NCBI GenBank assembly: GCA_002773725.1
Contig: PFAH01000005.1
Location: 17,456 to 81,455 of the forward strand
Direction: 5' to 3'
DNA: 64,000 nucleotides
DNA from: Candidatus Colwellbacteria bacterium CG10_big_fil_rev_8_21_14_0_10_42_22
GTDB taxonomy: Bacteria > Patescibacteriota > Minisyncoccia > UBA6257 > Colwellbacteraceae
Numbering within the stretch: position 1 is the first letter of the stretch; every line of letters starts with the position of its first letter. Shown here piece by piece: positions 58,234 through 64,000 of this stretch. The notes under the pieces were generated by a model, which saw nothing but the letters and a program-made list of their open reading frames with translations, was not told the DNA's origin and made no database searches. Position numbers and translations under genes: made by a program.

Positions 58234-58655
58234 GGAAAGAATTAAAAAATAAAGGTCAAGTAATGATTTTAAGCGTGCTTTTAATATCCAGCGCGATTTT
58301 GGCCGCCAGCTCTTTAGCAGGACTTCTAGTTCTTTTTCAGCTTAAACGAACAGCTGGTGCCGAAGATTCTGCTAGGGCTGTTTTTGCAGCTGACGCAGGT
58401 ATAGAGAACGCACTTTATAAACGTTTTGTAGACGGCTGTACGGAGGGAGATTTATTGAAGGATAAATTTGATTTTAGTAATGGCCAGTCAGCTAATTATC
58501 AAGTCAAAATGGACTCATGCGACTACACTGTCTCTGTCGGCAGTTCTAAAAATACTGCCCGCGCTTTTGAAATTAGCTTCGAAGGACTTTGTAGTTTTGG
58601 AGGACAAATGCAAAATGAAGAGGCATGTGCACCTGAACCACCGCCGGCACCGTAA
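58230..58655 (+). CDS. minor pilin (PilX-like)
   Basis: KGQVMILSVL lacking Glu5; A.FAADAGIE.ALY. Confidence 0.8.
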   Translation: MRKELKNKGQVMILSVLLISSAILAASSLAGLLVLFQLKRTAGAEDSARAVFAADAGIENALYKRFVDGCTEGDLLKDKFDFSNGQSANYQVKMDSCDYTVSVGSSKNTARAFEISFEGLCSFGGQMQNEEACAPEPPPAP

Positions 58656-58669
58656 TTCTCGCATTGAAA

Positions 58670-60703
58670 ATGGATAAAAGTGAAATTAAATCAAGGATTG
58701 AAAAACTTAAAAAAGAGATTAATCGATACCGATACGCCTATCACGTAGAGGATAGGTCGTTAATACCTGACTCTGCCCTCGACACTCTTAAGAAAGAACT
58801 CTTTGATTTAGAGCAATCTTATCCCGATCTTGTAACGTCGGATTCCCCAACCCAGAGGATGGGGGGTGAACCCACCAAAGGTTTCAAGCGCGTTCGTCAC
58901 GAACGTAGAATGACTTCTTTCAACGATGCCTTTTCTCGAGAAGATGTTAAGAGTTGGCTTGAAAGGGCAAAAAATCATCTCAAAAGAGATATTAAATCTA
59001 AATTCTATATAGAGCCCAAGATAGACGGGTTTGCCATAGAACTTGTCTATGAATCAGGAATATTGGTTCAGGCCTCTACGCGCGGAGATGGCATTGTCGG
59101 TGAAGATGTTACAGAAAACATCAAAACAGTCGAAGCTATTCCGCTTTCCCTACACGATTGCGCAAGCATCAAGGTGCCCGAAAAGATAGTAGTGCGAGGA
59201 GAGGTTTTCATCACTCTTCAGGAGTTCGAAAATATCAATAGAGAGCAAAAAAAGCAGGGAGTTAAAGAATACGCTAATCCACGCAACATCGCTGCCGGCA
59301 CCATTCGTCAATTAGATCCTAAAGTAGCCGCCTCTAGAAAATTAGATTCTTTTGCCTATGCGCTCGTGACGGATTTGGGTCAAAAAAGCCACGCAGATGA
59401 ACATGCTCTACTTCACAAGCTTGGGTTCAAAACAGGTAACATTAATCACAGATTAGCGAATTCGCTAGAGGATATCTTTAAATATCGGGACGAGTGGGAG
59501 AAGAAAAAAGACAAACTTACATATCAAATAGACGGGATTGTAGTGGTTATTAACGACATTTCCCTATACGAGGAGCTTGGGGTTGTGGGCAAGGCACCTA
59601 GGGGTGCTATTGCATACAAGTTTTCGCCCGAAGAGGCCACCACTAAAGTTAGGGACATAAAGATTCAAGTGGGTCGGACGGGCGCCCTAACGCCTGTTGC
59701 GTTTCTAGAGTCGGTTGAGGTCGGAGGAGTTACTATCCAGCACGCCACTCTTCATAACTTTGACCAAATTGAACGCCTTGATGTGAGAATTGGAGACACG
59801 GTTATCGTCAGTCGAGCGGGAGATGTGATTCCGCAAGTGACTAAGGTATTAGAAAATCTAAGGACGGGTAAAGAAAAAAAATTCAGTATTCCTGAAGCGT
59901 GTCCCATAGATGGCTCAAAGATTATTAAAGACGGAGTAATTCACAGGTGTTCTAATGTTGAATGCGGAGCGCGCCTTCGTGAGGGTATTAGCCATTTTGT
60001 TTCTAGGTCAGCTTTTGATATCAGGGGTTTGGGTCAAAAGATAGTAGAAAAGTTTATTGAAGAAGGGTTTTTATCGGATGTGGCTGATATCTTTCATCTA
60101 GAACACGAAGAAATTGCTGTTTTGCCTGGGTTTGGCGAGAAATCAGCTCATAATATCATTCGCGAAATAGAAGAGAGCAGGAGAGTTGAACTACCTCGAT
60201 TTATATACAGTTTAGGAATCTTTCATATCGGTGAGGAGACGTCCATATCTTTAGCCAACAAACTATCTCAAGAAGAGATGGTAGTTGAAAAGCCCTCCGA
60301 CCTTATTGAAACGCTTGGCAGATTTTCTTTGGAAGAATTGATGACCATACCTGATATTGGTCCTAGGGTGGGGGAAAGTATTTATGCTTGGTTCAGGAAT
60401 AATAAAAACCAAAAACTTCTTAAAGAACTCGACGAGGTGGGCATAGAGATAGAGCATATTCAAACACCCATATCAAATAAACTAAGGGACAAAACTTTTG
60501 TTATCACTGGCACCCTAGATTCAATATCGAGAGATGAGGCGAAGGCAAAATTGCGTCAACTCGGTGGGCATCCAAGCGAATCGGTTAGTAGCAAGACGGA
60601 TTATGTTGTTGCGGGTGATAACCCAGGATCTAAGGTAAACAAAGCTAGAAAGCTAGGAATAGATATTCTTACAGAAAAGGAATTTATGGATATGCTATCA
60701 TAA
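58670..60703 (+). CDS. ligA: NAD-dependent DNA ligase
   Basis: EPKIDG, TRGDG..GEDVT, NPRN.AAG, QVGRTG, BRCT C-terminus. Confidence 0.97.
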   Translation: MDKSEIKSRIEKLKKEINRYRYAYHVEDRSLIPDSALDTLKKELFDLEQSYPDLVTSDSPTQRMGGEPTKGFKRVRHERRMTSFNDAFSREDVKSWLERAKNHLKRDIKSKFYIEPKIDGFAIELVYESGILVQASTRGDGIVGEDVTENIKTVEAIPLSLHDCASIKVPEKIVVRGEVFITLQEFENINREQKKQGVKEYANPRNIAAGTIRQLDPKVAASRKLDSFAYALVTDLGQKSHADEHALLHKLGFKTGNINHRLANSLEDIFKYRDEWEKKKDKLTYQIDGIVVVINDISLYEELGVVGKAPRGAIAYKFSPEEATTKVRDIKIQVGRTGALTPVAFLESVEVGGVTIQHATLHNFDQIERLDVRIGDTVIVSRAGDVIPQVTKVLENLRTGKEKKFSIPEACPIDGSKIIKDGVIHRCSNVECGARLREGISHFVSRSAFDIRGLGQKIVEKFIEEGFLSDVADIFHLEHEEIAVLPGFGEKSAHNIIREIEESRRVELPRFIYSLGIFHIGEETSISLANKLSQEEMVVEKPSDLIETLGRFSLEELMTIPDIGPRVGESIYAWFRNNKNQKLLKELDEVGIEIEHIQTPISNKLRDKTFVITGTLDSISRDEAKAKLRQLGGHPSESVSSKTDYVVAGDNPGSKVNKARKLGIDILTEKEFMDMLS

Positions 60704-60711
60704 AAATCACC

Positions 60712-60987
60712 ATGAACTTCGATATCAAAAAATACGCACACCTTGCTCGGATTAAGCTTTCTAATAAAGAGGAAAAAAAGTTTCAAAAGGACCTAGAGAA
60801 GATTCTAGATCACGTTGCTGAACTGGAAAAAGTTGATGTTGGGGGCGTAAAACCCGTTACAGGTGGAACAAACCTCGAAAATATTTTTCGTGAAGATATA
60901 GTAAAAAACGATAATTTATTAAACCCATCATTTCCCGAAGAAGAAAAAGGTTATCTGAAAGTACCAAAAGTTTTTAACAATGATTAA
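60712..60987 (+). CDS. gatC: Asp/Glu-tRNA amidotransferase subunit C
   Basis: A.LARI.L...E, REDIV, Y.KVPKV; directly upstream of gatA. Confidence 0.9.
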   Translation: MNFDIKKYAHLARIKLSNKEEKKFQKDLEKILDHVAELEKVDVGGVKPVTGGTNLENIFREDIVKNDNLLNPSFPEEEKGYLKVPKVFNND

Positions 60988-62407
60988 TTTGGAAGACCTA
61001 ACAATCAAATCCCTTAGTCAAAAACTCAACAAAAAGGAGGTGTCGGTCATTGAAGTTGTTAAAGAATATCTAAAAGCTATTAAGACACGCGATAAAAAAA
61101 TTGGTGCTTATTTGAGCGTAGACGAAGAAGGTGCTCTAGAGAGCGCAAGGCAGATTGATGCAAGCAAAGAGAAATTAGGTGTTCTAGCAGGAATCCCGAT
61201 AGCCGTGAAAGATGCAATTTTGGTTAATGGGCAACCCGCCACAGCTGGTTCTAAAATACTTGAGAAATATGTTGCCCCATATGAGGGTGGGGCAGTAGAA
61301 CGACTTCGAAATGAGGGTGTAATTTTTCTGGGTAAAACAAACATGGATGAATTTGCTATGGGTAGTTCTACGGAAAACTCCGGTTTTAAATTAACCAAAA
61401 ATCCCCACGACCTAAAAAGAGTACCAGGTGGTTCGTCTGGAGGAAGCGCCGCTGCCGTAGCTGGTAATTTAGCCCTAGCATCTTTAGGGAGTGATACGGG
61501 TGGCTCTATTCGTCAACCAGCAGCTCTTTGCGGAATAGCGGGGCTTAAGACAACCTATGGAGCTGTATCCCGCTATGGATTGATTGCTATGGCATCATCT
61601 CTTGATCAGATTGGACCATTTGCCAAGACGGTTGAGGATGTAGGACTTCTCTTCCAAGCTATGGCTGGATACGACGAATGGGATTCAACCAGTAATCCAT
61701 CTGCAAGCTATGGGGACGAATTAACTAAACCGGACTGGAAAAAGATTAAGGGTCTCACGATTGGTATCCCAGAGGAATATTTTGGCGAGGGAATAGATAA
61801 AGAGGTGTCCGCCTCTATGGATGAGGTGATTAATTTTTATAAATCAGAAGGGTTCAAGATCAAGTCCGTCAGTATGCCAAACACTAAATATGGTTTATCT
61901 GTTTATTATATTGTGATGCCAGCAGAAGCTAGTACCAACTTAGCGCGTTTTGACGGCATTCGTTATGGGACAAGAAATAAGGCAAAGAACTTATTAGATT
62001 TATACCTAGAAAATAAAGGCAAGGGTTTTGGGGCAGAAGTGAAGCGTAGGATTACGTTAGGAACTTTTGTTTTGTCCGCCGGCTACTATGATGCTTATTA
62101 TCTTAAGGCGCAAAGAGTAAGGACGCTCGTTAACCAAGATTTTGAAAAAGCATTTGAAAAGGTTGACGTGCTTTTGACACCCACCAGTCCTACAGTTGCT
62201 TTTAAGATAGGGGAGCGTACCCAAAACCCATTAGAGATGTATATGTCAGACATTTTAACTATCCCCGCTAACCTAGCCGGCGTGCCGGGCTTAAATGTTC
62301 CCGTTAAGGACAGGGAAGGAAGGTTGCCTGTAGGATTTCAATTGATGGGTAGGCATTGGCAAGAAGCTGACATTTTAGGTTTGGGGATGTATTATGAGAG
62401 AAAATAA
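60980..62407 (+). CDS. gatA: Asp/Glu-tRNA amidotransferase subunit A
   Basis: GKTNMDEFAMGSSTE, PGGSSGGSAAAV, GSDTGGSIRQPA. Confidence 0.97.
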   Translation: MINLEDLTIKSLSQKLNKKEVSVIEVVKEYLKAIKTRDKKIGAYLSVDEEGALESARQIDASKEKLGVLAGIPIAVKDAILVNGQPATAGSKILEKYVAPYEGGAVERLRNEGVIFLGKTNMDEFAMGSSTENSGFKLTKNPHDLKRVPGGSSGGSAAAVAGNLALASLGSDTGGSIRQPAALCGIAGLKTTYGAVSRYGLIAMASSLDQIGPFAKTVEDVGLLFQAMAGYDEWDSTSNPSASYGDELTKPDWKKIKGLTIGIPEEYFGEGIDKEVSASMDEVINFYKSEGFKIKSVSMPNTKYGLSVYYIVMPAEASTNLARFDGIRYGTRNKAKNLLDLYLENKGKGFGAEVKRRITLGTFVLSAGYYDAYYLKAQRVRTLVNQDFEKAFEKVDVLLTPTSPTVAFKIGERTQNPLEMYMSDILTIPANLAGVPGLNVPVKDREGRLPVGFQLMGRHWQEADILGLGMYYERK

Positions 62408-62420
62408 ATAAATTAAAACC

Positions 62421-63176
62421 ATGGAAATATTAGGATTTCTGCCAATTACCATCGCGGTCTTGGTGCTTATCTTGCGCCAAATCAATGAATATGAAAGAGG
62501 CGTCATGTTCACAATGGGAAAGTTTTCGGGTATCAAAAACCCGGGCTGGAGATTAGTTGTCCCGGTTTTTCAAAAAATGATGAAAGTGGATATGAGGATT
62601 AAGGCCGTTGACGTACCCGATCAAAAGGCCATTACGCGAGACAATATATCCGTCGGCGTTAATGCTGTTATCTATTATAGAGTAGCGGATGCCGAGAAAG
62701 CGATTCTTAAAGTTGAAGATTTTTTTCACGCCGTATCACAACTTGCTCAAACTACGATGAGAAATGTAGTTGGGGAGGCGGAGTTGGACGAACTACTTGG
62801 TGAAAGAGATAAGATATCAGATAAAATCAGAAACATCGTAGATGTAGCGAGCGATGCTTGGGGGATTAAGGTTGATAACGTTGAATTAAAAGACGTAGTT
62901 CTTCCAGAAGACATGGAGCGTACTATCGCCAAACAAGCTGAAGCAGAACGTGAAAGACGAGCCGTCATTATTAAGTCCGAAGGAGAGGTGGCCGCTGCAG
63001 GCAATATGGCAAAAGCTGCAGGGACGCTTAGTGCCGCTCCGGGAGCCCTTCACCTTCGCACTCTTCAGTCAATTAATGATTTAAGCTCAGACCAATCCAA
63101 CACAGTTATTTTTGCCTTACCAATAGAAGCACTAAGAGCTCTTGAGGGTTTTGGAGTTAAGCTTAACAAAGGATAG
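62421..63176 (+). CDS. SPFH/band-7 (stomatin-like) protein
   Basis: EYERGV.F..G, Q..IT.DN, AQTT.R, WG.KV..VE.KD, QAEAERE.RA, LR.LQ. Confidence 0.93.
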   Translation: MEILGFLPITIAVLVLILRQINEYERGVMFTMGKFSGIKNPGWRLVVPVFQKMMKVDMRIKAVDVPDQKAITRDNISVGVNAVIYYRVADAEKAILKVEDFFHAVSQLAQTTMRNVVGEAELDELLGERDKISDKIRNIVDVASDAWGIKVDNVELKDVVLPEDMERTIAKQAEAERERRAVIIKSEGEVAAAGNMAKAAGTLSAAPGALHLRTLQSINDLSSDQSNTVIFALPIEALRALEGFGVKLNKG

Positions 63177-63179
63177 GGT

Positions 63180-63929
63180 CTATTTCTTTATTCCCACTAC
63201 CGTTGCAAACCTACCTTCTGGTTCACCTGTTCTTTTTGAGCGGTAATGAGAAAAGTATTCAGGCGAAGAGTATGTATCTATACCACTATTAAGGATATTT
63301 TCCTTGGGAACACCGGCATCCATTAGCACTCTTTGATTATAAGAAAAGAGATCAATGGCCACTCTTTCGTTAGGCAATTTTTCTACATGTTTGCTCCAGT
63401 CAGATATATCTTTTTGAGCAATTTCTTCTGAACTAAATATATAAGAATCTTTTTGGATGGATGGGCCTATGTATACCACCACATTTCTTGGATTAGATCC
63501 AAAGTTTGTTTGCATAGTTTTAATCACCTTACTCGCCAATTTCATTTCTGTGTTTTTCCAACTCAAATGCACCAAAGCCAACACCCGGTTTTTAGAATCG
63601 TAGTATATAAGTGGCTGGCAATCACCGGTTAAAAGAAACAGATAGAGCCCCTTCTCGTTTGTAATTAAGGCATCAACTTCAGGAGAACCAACACCCTTTA
63701 ATATATCCATCCTATCTTTTGAATCGACTAGCTTGACCCCATCTTTATGTATCAAGCTCATACCGACACAATCCGCAGGGGAAACACCTATTCTTTTAAA
63801 AAAATCACGTCGTGCTTTTAAAACCCCTTCTTGCTCTCCCCAGTTATATGAAAGATTACCATCTTCTTTATCAGAGACGACATAAAAAAGATCTTTGAAC
63901 GATGTGGGAACGGGAGTTTTTGGTTTCAT
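63180..63929 (-). CDS. YfiH/PgeF (polyphenol oxidase-like) family protein
   Basis: DALIT, TGDC.P, H..W, IGPSI, YFSH.R...GR. Confidence 0.88.
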   Translation of the reverse strand: MKPKTPVPTSFKDLFYVVSDKEDGNLSYNWGEQEGVLKARRDFFKRIGVSPADCVGMSLIHKDGVKLVDSKDRMDILKGVGSPEVDALITNEKGLYLFLLTGDCQPLIYYDSKNRVLALVHLSWKNTEMKLASKVIKTMQTNFGSNPRNVVVYIGPSIQKDSYIFSSEEIAQKDISDWSKHVEKLPNERVAIDLFSYNQRVLMDAGVPKENILNSGIDTYSSPEYFSHYRSKRTGEPEGRFATVVGIKK

Positions 63930-64000
63930 TTGCGCGAGCGACTCGTCTACGTTAAAACTTCGACGGAGCAGGCCGGACCATATCGAGTCCGACTCGCATA

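Noticed and set aside
1-64000. CRISPR array or cas genes
   Set aside because: No regularly spaced 25-40 nt repeats and no Cas motifs seen
1-64000. Alternative genetic code (TGA=Gly, as in Gracilibacteria)
   Set aside because: Long conserved genes are open under code 11, and several end correctly at TGA (mod, P-type ATPase, pilB)

Overview
This is a gene-dense bacterial chromosome segment using the standard code (TGA is stop). By inference it comes from a CPR/Patescibacteria (Parcubacteria-like) genome: it has alpha2-type GlyRS, an N-terminal-only GlmU, MurF with a hydrophobic insert, a large type IV pilus/competence locus, almost no Shine-Dalgarno sites and many -10 boxes 6-11 nt from start codons. 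The housekeeping genes include relA/spoT, dprA, topA, rplS, recO, glyQS, metG, tatD, leuS, murF, ligA and gatCA, plus 8 intact tRNAs. Three things stand out. (1) A 'Russian-doll' tRNA locus at 22326-22636 (-): a tRNA-Ser scaffold has about 67-68 nt structured inserts in its anticodon loop and T-loop, and a complete second tRNA-Ser(CGA) sits inside its variable arm. (2) An approximately 18 kb integrative element lies between tRNA-Ser(TGA) and tRNA-Ala(TGC). It encodes a large serine recombinase, terminase subunits and a ParB-methyltransferase but no capsid or portal. It also carries a switch-like structured RNA and defence-type cargo (nuclease, type III R-M split by a ClpP-like gene, KAP NTPase, UvrD-like helicase). 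(3) A type IV pilin N-terminus is fused to a virus tail-fibre-like body. All calls come from reading motifs by eye; no database searches or folding programs were run.
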